From: Geosiphon pyriformis uo1
Lineage: Eukaryota > Fungi > Glomeromycota
Assembly: GCA_016748015.1 (NCBI GenBank)
Contig: JAAOMT010000603.1
Location: forward strand, 415,532 to 479,531
Length of the DNA: 64,000 nucleotides
Reading direction: 5' to 3'
The notes under the pieces were generated by a model. It made no database searches and had not been told where the DNA came from. It saw only the letters and a list, made by a program, of their open reading frames with translations. Position 1 is the first letter of the stretch; the number at the start of each line of letters is the position of its first letter. Positions 41,508 to 54,097 of the stretch are shown one piece after another. Both the position numbers and the translations under genes were made by a program.

Positions 41508-42462
41508 TTAAATCTGAGAAAATTAGAAAATTGAATATATTCATAAATTTTAATGAAATTGATTTAATTCATGGTATACGATATTAAGTTGAACAAAAAA
41601 CTTTTTATACGTACATCATCAATGTCAAACTCGAAAGGACAGTCTTCTTCTTCAGGATTGAATGTATCTGTTTCATTAATTTTGGCTTTGGGTGTACCAG
41701 CAAGTTTGTCAGCTTTTTGTTTGATTACAATTTCAAAAAAGCAAAATTTAAATAAAACATCACACACCATTTTCTGGTAATTCGCCATACGTTTTCAAAT
41801 TTCGGGCCTCTTCGGTTGTGTATTTTAGGATAACATCAGCTTTAGCGTCTTGATAATCACGCAGTGAAATAAGAATGATATCCCCTTGGTTGATCCAAAC
41901 CTTTTTTTGAAAATAATAATAATTGGAACTTGAGGACATTTGGATGATAAAGAATTATAAAACCATCCGAATAAAAAATTTGCAGACCTTTTTCCGCAGT
42001 TTACCACGAATATGTGCTAATCGCTTCTCGCCATCAAAACATTGAGCTTCTAACCGACCATTTCCAAGCATTTTTACTACTTGTGCATATTCTGGATTAT
42101 GAATTCAACCACATTGATATTTATGGAATTTGGAAGGATAGAATAATAACGCAGAAAGAATATCGATCCGAATGCAGAATATATAATAGTTGAAAATATT
42201 AAAGAAATTTTAAGATGAGTAATTCTTAAGAAATTTAATAGTTCTCGATACCTAGATACTGAAGGAAATATATAAAACCGCAGTACCTTGGCCATCTTCT
42301 TTGAAAATTAGTTCTCTCTTTTCAGATTCATTTTCATTCTTTCCTCTTCTTCGGTTTTTACCTCCCTGTCAAAATTTTCCCAAGAATGATAGCGATAAGC
42401 AACTTAATGTAAATGGTCAACTTTCCTTTGAAGATGTATACCTTTCCTTTGTTCTTTGGCAT
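41508..42462 (-). CDS. TIF11: Eukaryotic translation initiation factor 1A; exons ~42462-42442, 42365-42287, 42091-41988, 41900-41768, 41685-41615, 41513-41508
   Basis: Spliced: [121 protein letters not shown]...FEFDIDDI*. Confidence 0.97.
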
Positions 42463-42753
42463 AGTTGTTTTATTTGAAGTTTAAGCTAAAAACTTTTTTG
42501 ATCACAAAAAAACTCTTTACACTTTAGCCTTGCTAATTTCAAAGGAAGAGATTTTTATTGAGAGTTGAAAAGTAATTAACAAGTTTTCTTTTGTCTTTAT
42601 TGGACAGAGGTCGGGAGCCAAGATTTCTAAGCTTGCTTTACCACTGATGAAAAAGATTTGCTTAATAATGCCTATCAAGTGATGCTGATCTGGTTCAAAA
42701 TCGCGAAAATAAATATCTCACGCTTTTCCTCTTTCCATAGCTAACTTCTTAAA

Positions 42754-42882
42754 ATGCTGACACCCACCACCTCTGCTATCAAGAAATACCTCTATGTCCA
42801 TATCTCTAGTGCAAAGCAAAGAGAGGATCTTGAGTTACAAAACAACTTCTCGTCCGATTCCCTACATATATGCATAAAATAA
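42754..42882 (+). pseudogene. tnpA: IS607 TnpA serine recombinase remnant
   Basis: KKYLYVHISSAKQREDLELQ matches the IS607/resolvase catalytic motif Y-A-R-V-S-S-x-K-Q-K-D-D-L-E-R-Q. The rest is deleted or frameshifted. Confidence 0.75.
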
Positions 42883-42919
42883 AGGTTAACTCAGAATTGG
42901 TTAATGCCTTTAAGCTAAC

Positions 42920-44712
42920 GACGACGAGGAGCAATCATAGAATACAGCAAGAGATTTGTCAGAAGGGAAAAAGAGAAACTCAGGATTACCCTCAATGCCA
43001 CAAAGCCAATCGTCACGAAGGATATTTTTGAAACGGCATCTTCAAAAGTTATTCCCTGGTTGAAGTCTCTCAAGAGTATTGTTGCCGTAAACTTCTCAGA
43101 TATGCATGCGGCAGATGAAGACTGTGTTGATGGCACGCGTACTTTTGATTTTCTTTCGTCGCTTGTAGCGATCCATGTAACTCGTTTGCGATAAAGACAA
43201 TTCGTGGGTAAATATATCGACATGGTAATGATTCTCCCACAGGGAAGCAGAGCTTTTCCCTACTGAATAGAACGCAGGAACAAAAAAGCGCAAGAGAAAG
43301 GTAACAGTAGCCCGTGGCAAACGCCAGAAGACGGAAGGCATGCTCAACCACACGTTACTAGCCAAGATCTATCAATTCTTCAGAACGGAACAAATCTACA
43401 TGCCACCTTCTACCTAAACTTGCTGTGAGGACTTTGCATCACCGACACAGCACGTCGACAGGTCTTGAAAATGGTATCCTTGCAGCACGCTCACTTGGAC
43501 TTTTTCCCCAGAGGATAACAAGTAATTATTCAAAACGGAACAAATATACCTGTCACCAACCACACTCAGAAGCGGTTATTGAAGCGATGGATGAGCTTGG
43601 CAAGATTTGCCTTTATTACTGTGGTGAGATGAACCAAAAGATGTCGCATCATTATGATATCACGGAAAAAAGATGGTTAAACCCTATGACGTTTCAACCA
43701 AAACGTCTCCTTTTTGATGATGTTTCCGGTATCTGGTGTGAAAGAAAATTTTGCAGAGCTATGGTCCGTCTTGGCATGCTCTTAAGAGGCTGTTTAGGCT
43801 CAGCTCCTGCTAACATCGCAGACAAAGCGATTGATCAGGGCGAAAGGAAGTTATTAAACGTAATGCACAGCGACAACAAGGCGCATCAACGCATCATCTT
43901 TCTTTTCAATCTCTGAATTTTGCCAAATTATCTTGAATCGCTTCCAGCAATATATGTATATGCACATCGATACAAGGTAAAGATCATAAATTTTTGTTTA
44001 AATTGTTATATACCATCATTTATATCGTCTTTATGCCATTTTTTATCTTTATTTTTAAGAATAAACATGTACTATGGCCTCTCCACTTTGAAAAAATAAC
44101 AAGTGGTCCAATCCGCACAAGATCACATGTTATAGCAAGCTCACTTACTATCGCAAAACTAATGAATGAAAGTTTGCCTGGGTATATGAGACGCAAAAAC
44201 ACCTTCACGAAACTCAAGCGGATGGCTCTGTTCATGCAGTCTCCATAGATCCTGACATTCGCACTTCATTTACATGGTATTCCCCAACAAAAGGCGCAGG
44301 CAAAATAGGCTCTTGTGACATTAGTCGTATTGTTTGCCTCTGCAAATTTATGGATGAGCTTTGCTCAAAGATAAATTAAATAACTCTTCAAAACGTAAGA
44401 AAGCTAAAGCCAGAATATTAGAAAAAGCGATTGGGTGCATCCATCAAAAAGTTTATCGGACATGGTGAATCGAAAAATCACCCGAAAAAAGTTAAAATAT
44501 GCTATGCTGGGGGCACTATCGATTTCGTCAACGTCTGATCACCAAGGCTGAGGAATTAGAACCAAGCTTACATATCTAAGACTTGTAGTCAACGTGGCAA
44601 CATCCAAAGAATCGAAGGGCTCAAAATGTACAACTGCCGGAATTGTAAGCTTGCTGTGGATAGAACTCTTGGTCCTACAGTGACCATGCAGGACATGATA
44701 GGCGTTATATAG
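42920..44712 (+). pseudogene. Fanzor2 / IS607 TnpB-like RNA-guided endonuclease pseudogene with a candidate intron (43977-44059)
   Basis: KKRKRK...LAKIY (43283-43372); APANIADKAID helix; RuvC-I AVSIDPDIRTSFTWYSP (D at 44248) followed by GKIGSCDISRIVCLCKFMDELCSK; SDMV..RKIT; MLCWGHYRFRQRLITKAEE (44499-44555); NQAYISKTCSQRG...YNCRNCKLAVDR (44560-44664). Confidence 0.88.
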
Positions 44713-45559
44713 CAGTGATTATTTTTCAATTATTTTATTATTATTGAAACTAATAATAATAATGTGGCGCTGCTGTTTTTGTTTTAAATCTAAAATAAAA
44801 ACAATTTTACAATTCAATAATAACCTAAAAAATAACCAAGTTATCAACAAATTTGTAATTAATTTTAATATCTGTAAATAAATTTAATTTTAATGATATA
44901 ATTATTATAAAAATATGGTGCAGGCACTCTAAAGACATCAAATATTACACCACCGCTGAAATTCTCGATGCATGTATTACGTAGTATACTGGGGGTGGTT
45001 ATTTTATTAATAAAATAATAAACCACATGATTACTATATAATAAATCATGTGCAAATGAAATGCGTTGCGCGTTCATATAATCTATTAGGGAACAATTTT
45101 AAATTACTTTATTTTAAGAGTGACTCTTAAACTTATTTAAGAGACTCTCAGGCTTTCCCTTTTCTATATAAGAGCGTGTCTGGAAGGCCGCTTGCCTAAT
45201 AACCCTGTTCTTCCCACAATATACTTTAGCATTTCATAATGTCTTTTTTTTTCAAAAAAAAGCAAAAACAAAACGTTTGTTGGTTTAATGTGTTTTTTTT
45301 ATAATTAAAAACCCGTTGTTTCCATTGAGAGTGTATTTTTTATCAAAGATCCTTTTAGATTACACATTTTTTATTATGTCAAAACGAAAAAGCAAAATAA
45401 ATACTGTTCTAAATGCTCTATTTACTATTGGTTTTTATTTAAAGTGTCTACAGAAAAAATCTAAATTTCTAAGACATTTTTTATAAAAAATGCATTAGTT
45501 TATGGATCTTATTAAAGACTATTTAATAATGCATTTATTATTATTATTATTATTATTAT

Positions 45560-45700
45560 GTTTTTATTTATAGAACCTTAGTATTTGATAAATTATAATC
45601 AATATAAAGTATTGGCCCAAGTGACTGATCACATGTAGTAAGTACATAAGTCATGTACTAGATAGTAGTTAGGCTGTACTTATTAGATTATATAAAAAAA
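45560..45700 (+). mobile_element. Short LINE 3'-end fragment
   Basis: GGCCCAAGTGACTGATCACATGTAGTAAG...ATGTACTAGATAGTAGTTAGGCTGTACTTATT plus an A-run matches 37075-37195, with an internal deletion. Confidence 0.7.
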
Positions 45701-47240
45701 ATATATTTAAGATTTATATATATTTATTTTCTGTTTGGTTTTTTTAGTAAATATTAATAATTTTAATAAAAAAATAATATTTTTTTAATTTTATTCTGAC
45801 TTAATATAGTTATTTAAACAATATATACAAAAAATAAGCACTAAATTTATTAATATAGTTTTTTATATAATTATTATAAAATATTTAAAATATTATTTAA
45901 TAAACAGAAAATAATATTAAAATTATAATAAATATTTAAAATAATAAAAACAATAAATAACAATTTATCTTATACTTAAAAACATTTATAATTAATGCAA
46001 ATATTTTAATAATATTAATAAAATTATTAATATTCATGTTATCAATAGACATAAAACATTAATAATAATAAAAATAATATAATACTATTAAAATACAAAT
46101 CAAAAATATAAAAATTACTTGTAAGTTTATCATAAACAATTTTAATTGCTTTAATTTTTTATGTAAAAAACTTGAAAAAATTATTTGTTTAAATATAATT
46201 TTTAATTATATTTTTTATTGACTTATTAATTTTTTGTTAATTTTGCAAAGTTTTTATTGTTTTAAAATATTTTTTTTCTTATATTTAATAAAATTATATT
46301 TTTTTAATATTTTTTTGTAATTTTAATTATTATTATATTTTAAATATGTATTTAATATTTTTTTGTAATGTTTATAAGTAAATATTTTTTTATTAATAAT
46401 ATAAATAAATTTTAAATATTAATATTATATTATCTTTCTAAATTTAAAGATTTAAAAAGCAAAAAATCTGATTTTATAAGCAAAAACTTTATTAATAAAA
46501 TAATAGTAAGATTAATAATATATAATTTATAATTTAAATATTGTTATAAAAGTGTTTTTTGATATATTAGTTATTAATACTCTATAATTATGATTAGTCT
46601 TTTATAAGTTTTTTAATTTTATTTACATAATAATATTAATATTATATTAAAAACTTTTTTATTAATATTATAATATAGTTATTTTTTAAATTTTATTTAT
46701 TATGTATATTTATATATTTCTTTTTAAAGACTAATCTAAAATCTATTTACAATAATAAAATCTTTTTTAAACTATTTTTGCAATTGTTTAAAATATTTTT
46801 TTAATTTAAAAACACAAAATATTAATAGTCTTTAATATTTTTTGTTAATTAATAACAATATAAATAATTTTGATCAAAAATTATTTTTTTAAAAAATTTA
46901 ATTAATAAATAATACAAATAAGTTTTTTAATATTTTTAATTATAATAATTTAGTTTTTAATATTATTTCTTATTTTTTTTTAATTAAAAGTTTTCTTGAA
47001 TATTTATTAAAAATAAAGACTAAAAAATAATTAAAATAAAAAATAAAAATGTTAAAATTGTTTTTCTTTTTAATATTAAAATTACTATATATTTATATAT
47101 TTGTAGTTTTATAAAAAAACATATTATAATACTTTTTTTTAATATTTTAATATAGTGTTTATTATTTTAATTATTTGATAAAAAAATTACCAATAATTAA
47201 TATCTAAAACTAAACTAAAAAACTACTAATACAAATGTAT

Positions 47241-49205
47241 TATTACTAAAAAATTTTCTATTTTTTTTTTAATGTTGTTAATACTGTTTTGTTATTAATT
47301 CTGTTGTTAATAAAAGTTGATAAATCTTTAATAAGTCAATTTTTTTTTAAAATATCTTTTTATATTTTAAACTGTATATATTATTAAGCTTATAATAAAA
47401 TGATTAATTCTATATTAATTATTTATATAGTTATTTTGTAATAAAATTCAACTTTTTTTACCAAAAGATTTTATTTGTAGGCTCTTTAATTTAATATATA
47501 ATTATTTTATTGTTAATACTAAAGGTTTTTTTATCTTTTTTTTAATGTTGTTTTGTTGTTAATTCTATTGTTAATAAAAATCAATAAACTTTTAATAAGC
47601 TAATTCTTTTTTTAAAGTATCTTTTTATACTTTGAACTATGTTTGTTGTTAAACTTATAATAGAATAGCCAATTTTATGCCAATTATTTATATAGTTATT
47701 TTGCAGTAAAAGTCAACTTTTTTACAAAAAATCTTATCTATAAGCTTTTTAATTAATATATAGTTACTTTGTTATAAAAGTCAACTTTTTTACAAAAAAT
47801 TCCAACTATAGACTATTCAATGATATAAAAATAACAAAAAAACAAAAAAAAACAAAAAAAAGAAATAAAAAATGTGTTAAGAAAGTTGTTTCAAATTCAG
47901 ATCTGAAAGTTACTAATAATTATTGAAATTAATAACTAATTAATTTCAAAATATTAATATAAAATAGTTAATTTCAAAATAATAATAATTAAATATTTAT
48001 GTTTTTCAAAATAAGTTTTATTGAAATTAATTTGTAAGAAAAATAATTCTAAGAAAAGATATCTTTTTTTGTTAAGATAAAATTAAAATAAATTTTCTTG
48101 AAGAAAAAAGCTTTTTTTTTATATAATTTGTTGTAATACTATTCTATAATCTAGCAGTTTTTTTTAATATTTCGGTGAATTAAAAATATATTTTGTCAAA
48201 CTATAAATTATTTCTGTAAATAATATAAATTATTTTTGTAAAATATTAATTGTTTTATCAAATTACTTAATATTTTAGCAAATTTTGTATGTTATATAAT
48301 TCAATATATTACATAATTTAATCATTACAATTTTGTTATATTTGTGTTTTGTACAAATCAAGTTATTAATTAAATAATAATTCGAATAATTTAATAAGAT
48401 AATAGGTAATAAATTGATAATAATACATGCTAATTAATAATAAAAATTATAGAGATAATTTTATGCTAAATAATAACTCAAATTTCGGCTGATAATATTG
48501 TAAAAGTCAACTTTTTTACAGAAAATTTTGACTGTAGACTACTTAATAATATAAAAAAATTAAATTAAATTAGAGAAAAAAAAATAAGAAATATATTAAA
48601 AAAGTTGTTTTAGATTCAGATCTGAAAGTTACTAATAATTACTGAAATTAGTATTTAATCAATTTCAAAATATTAGTTTTGAATAATTTAATTTTAATTG
48701 TTTAATACTTTAAGAATTTTGGATTTTAAAGTGATATTTTATTAAATTAATTTGTAGAAACTGTATTGATTTTAAAGTAAAATTAAGTCTAAAAAAATAT
48801 CTAATAGAAAATAAAATTTTATTTTAATTTAGATACATTTTTTTAAAAAAAAAAACTTTTCTTTTATTTAACACTTTTTTTTCTAATATTTTAACAAATT
48901 AAAAATATATTTTATTAAACTATGAGTTATTTCAGTAAACTATTAGATATTTTGTTAAATTATTAAATATTTTAGTAAATTCTGAATATTATATAGTTTA
49001 GTATATTGCATAATTTGATTATTACAATTTAATTCTTTTTTGTGTTTTATATAAATCAGATTATTAATTAAATAATAATTTGAATAATTTGATAAAATAA
49101 TAAGTAATAAATTGAAATAATAATATATGTTAATTAATAATAAGAATTATAAAGATAATTTTATGTTAAAAAAAATTCCAAATTTTAGTTGATTTTTAGC
49201 TAACT
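47241..49205 (-). repeat. Degenerate solo LTR (related to the 16696 LTR family), interrupted by a second solo LTR
   Basis: 47241-47513 resembles the LTR left part. 48502-49200 resumes at AAAAGTCAACTT and follows LTR order (TCTGAAAGTTACTAA, GATACATTTTTT, TAATTTGATTA). Confidence 0.7.
47514..48497 (-). repeat. Nested degenerate solo LTR, ~984 bp, 4-bp TSD TTGT
   Basis: TAATACTAAAGGTTTT...TTCGGCTGATAATA is colinear with the 16696-17667 LTR. TTGT at 47510-47513 and 48498-48501. Confidence 0.7.
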
Positions 49206-49329
49206 TATTAATCAGTTTTGTAAAAATAATAAGACTATATTTCAAATTAGTAAACTTTAAATTTATTTTATTAAACATTAACAAAAAAGGTTTAATTTAT
49301 TAAAAAAACCAAATTTAAAAAAAAAACAC

Positions 49330-50660
49330 CAAAAAACAAATAAAATAAAAAACTGTTAATAATTCAAGTTTTATTACCAAAAAACATTAAACAAAAAATA
49401 AAAGCCAATTTTTTAGCATAAATTTTAGCTAATTTAATTTTATTTAAATTTAACAACAGATTTTTTTTATTTAATTATTTGTTTACTTATTACTAATTTG
49501 CAAGCAATAAAAATATAATTAAACTTATTACAAGTTAAACAGATTGCTAAAATTAAATAAAACCAATAAAAAACAATACTTTTTATAATTAAAACATTAA
49601 TTACAATTTTGTATAAGCTTTTTTCTAAATCAAAACAAATAGTTATATACTTAACTCAAAAATAGTTTACTAAATTGTAGTTAATAATGCAAGTTTTTTT
49701 ATTAATTAAATTAATAAAATCTTACAAATTATAAGCATTTGTGTTTATTAAAAAAGTATAAAACAAAAACTTATATATCTTTTTAATATTTTATAATTGT
49801 TTGTTTATATTTATTCTTTTTATATAAACTGTATTTTTTTTAATAAAAATTAACTACTTAAATATTAAGAAATTAGCTTGATTTTAATTTTTTAACTTCA
49901 TAATAGCTTTCTGCTATAATTTTATTAATTGTATTTTAATTAATCTAATAATCTTATATTTAGCAAATACAGTATATATAGCTTTTAAAAATATTTTATA
50001 GATATTTTTTTAATTATTACTGTCTAATTTATTTAATTATTTACTGGTTTTTTAAAATTAGTGTTTACTAAAACATTTTAATTATTTGTTAATTTAGCTA
50101 TACTCAATATTGTTTTTTTAAAAGTAAAAAACTTTTAAATTATCTTACTGAATTTTAAAAAAATATCTATTTTTTTAAAACTATTTACATTAAAAAACAA
50201 ATTTTTAACAACTTTTAATTTATTTTAAGCTAATTTTTACTAAAAATTAAAAAATTTATATTTAAAACAAAAAATTTATAAACTGAAATATTAATTAATA
50301 ACTTTAAAAAAAAAAAAAGAGATTTATTCAAAATATTTTTATTATTATCATAACTATAAAATTAATTTTACCAAAAAATTTCTTAAGAGTACACTTTATC
50401 ACAATTTTAAGTCTTTTAAAAATTATATTAACATCTTTAAAACCAAAATTATTTTTATTATTAAGCTAAAACTGGTTTTTTTTACTAAAAAATATTTTTA
50501 TGTTTATATTATCTAATTTTATTGTGTTGTCAATATCTGAACCAATTAATTTATTAAGTAAAAAAACATCTTGAAAAATATTTATACTAATATTAATGAT
50601 TGATTTTTTTAGAATTCTACTTTTATACTTTTTTTTAGTTATTAAATCTGTTATAATTAA
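49330..50660 (-). mobile_element. Heavily AT-mutated LINE ORF1 remnant
   Basis: The minus strand resembles RLANIYAKK..P..FGNKT (49360-49430), TNAYNL and KINF..DD motifs of ORF1 in the other copies. Confidence 0.55.
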
Positions 50661-50674
50661 ATCAAATTTAAAAA

Positions 50675-50705
<31 letters not shown>

Positions 50706-50872
50706 ATATTAAATTAACTGATTAATATAGAATTAAAAAAATAATATAATAAAAAAAATATCAAAAATATTAGAAATATTAAGAATATTAAAAATTTTAA
50801 TAATACTAAAAAAATTAAAAAATCTTAAAAATAATTAAAAATACTAAAACATCTTATATTATTAAAAATAAG

Positions 50873-50874
<2 letters not shown>

Positions 50875-50919
<45 letters not shown>
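50875..50919. repeat. (TAA)n microsatellite
   Basis: About 15 perfect TAA units. Confidence 0.9.
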
Positions 50920-50921
<2 letters not shown>

Positions 50922-53900
50922 TTTTTTGTAATCTAAAAATTTATTTAATAATTAAATAAATTAAAAATTTAATTATTAAAATTATATAATAAAAAATAGT
51001 TATTTTACTTTACTTTTAAAAACACTAGATATTAAAAACATAATTATAAATAGTTAATATTTTAAATTAATAATTTTTAATTATGATTATTAACAAAATA
51101 TTAATTTTATTTTTTAATTTTTTGTTATTGTTAAATTAATTAGTTAAAATTAATTTATAAAAAATTAAAAGTTTATTAAAAGAATAAAAAACACCAAAAT
51201 AAATTAATTATTATATTAAAAAAATAAAATATTGAGTTTTTTTTATTATTTAATTATTTATTTTTTGTTTTTTATACAAAAAACTTCAAATAAAAATCTT
51301 AAAATTTATTAAAATCGTTAAAAATTATTAAAAAAATCATAGTACTAAATTATAAAACATAACTTAACAATTTTATTTATAATATTGTTTTTATTAAAAT
51401 TAAAATTTTATATATATAAAATATAAAATTATATTTTTTGGCAATTTTAAAAAATCTTAAAACACAAATCAAAAATAATTTTTTATTTAATTATAAATTT
51501 GAAAAAATATTTTTCAATTTTGAATTATATATTTTAAATTTTTGTTATTTTAAATTTTTTTTTAATTTATTAATATTTAAAAATAATAATAATAAAACAA
51601 GTTAAAAATAATTATTTTAAAATTAATATTATATTGTAATTTGTTATTTTATTATATAAAAAATAAAATTATTAATTTACTCAATTATTTAACAAAATAT
51701 ATATATATAATTCTTAATTCAATCTATTATATCTAATTTAATTTTCTATTTATTTTAATTTACTATATCTAATACAGTTTTTTATTTATAATTTATTGTA
51801 TTATTTAATTTAAAAACTGGTTTTATTTTTTGAACATAAATAAATATTAATATATTATTTGTTAACTCTTTTTAAAAATAAAATATATATAGTTTTTTGG
51901 TAGTATGCTTAAAAAAATAGGTATTTTATTTTTTTTATTTATAACACATAATTTTTTATTTCTATAAACAATTAATATTGTTTTTAAATAAGTAATAACT
52001 GTTAATATAATTATTAAATTTTAATATTACAAAAACAAATTTTTGTTTGTAATTATAAATTTTTTTTAATTTATCTGAATTTTATTTTTGTTATATTAAT
52101 TAATTTATAATTTGGTAATTTAACATAAAAATTGGAAAATTGGAAAATTGATTTTTATTTTTTATTTTTTTTTGTTTAGTTAATAGTTTATTAAATTTTT
52201 GATGCAGAAATTGGTATTTTTTTCTCTTAAATAATAACAAATTAATTTATAAAGTATTTTTTATAACAAAATTTTTATTTGATTTTTTTATTCATTGTCA
52301 ATTTTTTTATTCAAGTTGGTAATTTTTTTGTTTCTTTTTTCGACCAAATTATTTAAATAATAAATTATTTTTTTATATAATAACCAATTCTAAAATCTGT
52401 TTAAAAAACTAGTTTTTTGGAACCAGAATCAAACTGTACTAATTTAATAATATTTGATATTTATTAAGACTTTAAATAAATATATGTTAAGTTTTAATTT
52501 CGATTATTATTTTATGATTTTTATGGTAAATTTAGACAATTTTTCATTGAAATTAATTCTGATATTTATCAAAATTTAGCTGATTAGTGTAGTCTTAACT
52601 AGCTTGGATGGATGGTTACTTGTAGAAAACACATGAATAAAGTCTATTGTAATGTATGTGTATGTCTTATAAAAGTAGAACTTGACAAAACTATACTTTG
52701 TTATAACAGCTATAAAAAATAATAATAATAACATTATTAAAATACTTAATTAACAGCTAAGTTTTGTATAAATAAATTAAAAAGTTGTAAATCAAAAAGT
52801 TTTTTATAATTAATATAATTATAATTTTTAAATTTTTAAAATATAAATTATTTTTTTAATACAAAATTAAATTATTTTTAACATGTAAAAATTATATTAT
52901 TGGTTAATAATTTGATTGGTTATCATGTGAAAAAATAATATTAGCTAATAACTTGTTTTGGCTATTATGTGAATATTTTATCGAATATAATATTAAATTA
53001 AATTTCTATTTATAAATTATAAATTTTTAATGAAATTTATGTTTGACAAAAGCTTATTAAAAAATATAAGTAGATTTTTTTTATGCTTTTTGCGAGTATA
53101 ACCCAAACACAATTTACCGAGATGAAACATGACCTACATGCCGCATACTATGGGTAAACATAAATCTTTAGACTTAAAATATCTATATTAACCATACAAG
53201 TAGATTTATAAAGAAAAAATCAGATAATATAAATTTGATTACAATTCGATAAAATGTATATTGTTCGAAAGGCTAAACTTTATTTATTTAAAATTTAAAA
53301 TACAATCTTTTTGATAATCAACTCATATTGAATTTATTTAAATTGATTAAATATATATCGTTTCAAATAATCTATATTTTACAGTGTTTTGTCATTTTAA
53401 TTCACATTTAATGATCTCTATAAATTTCAAAAAAATTTGTATAATCTTTTAGCCTTGAATAAACTGGTCATTTTTTCTTGCACCAATCTTTCAGTTATCA
53501 TTAAAATAAAATTTAGCCTATTTTAAATACTTTTCTGTTTTTGAACATTGGTATACTAATTGCTGGGTTTTTCATATATTCAAGTGATTTTAATATTTGT
53601 GTAATATAAAATAATTATTTCTTCTGTATCTCGTTTTTTTCCAGAGACAAAAACCTTTTTTATTTAATTGTTCCAACTTTATTTATAGTACAATTAATGG
53701 TATTAATATGGAATAGTTATGTTTTTTATGAATCGAATTATTTATCCATTTCTCCATTCACGGAAAGTTCGAATATTTTTATCCTTTAATAAATTGAGCC
53801 TAGAGTAGATCTAAGCTTTAAATGTTTATATACATAATTATATTTGGCATTTTCATAAACATTAATCCGGGTCTTGGTAACTTCAAAAGGCAATTATTAT

Positions 53901-54097
53901 TTTTAGATTTAAAAGAGATCCTTAAAGTAATTTTTCTTTTACAAAATGATTAGTATGATATAAGTGTAATCTTAACTATATTTGATTTTAAGTTTTTCGA
54001 TGATAGAATATTTAAGAATAAAATTAAGGATAAAACTAAAAAACTAACCTCTATTCAAAAAAATTATTCTGTAAAGAAAAATAACTTTTTTCAAACA

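Larger units (their letters stand above)
42750..44716 (+). mobile_element. Decayed IS607-type element (TnpA remnant + Fanzor2/TnpB); ends approximate
   Basis: GC-richer, CpG-rich block containing both a serine-recombinase catalytic motif and RuvC/Zn-ribbon motifs in IS607 order. Confidence 0.8.

Noticed and set aside
42915-43365. Minus-strand ORFs of 89-102 aa
   Set aside because: Antisense to the plus-strand Fanzor2 pseudogene; no motifs.
44900-45260. CpG-retaining patch with ACCACC/GGTGGT complementarity and a TATA-like motif
   Set aside because: No recognisable ORF or RNA family; support is too weak.
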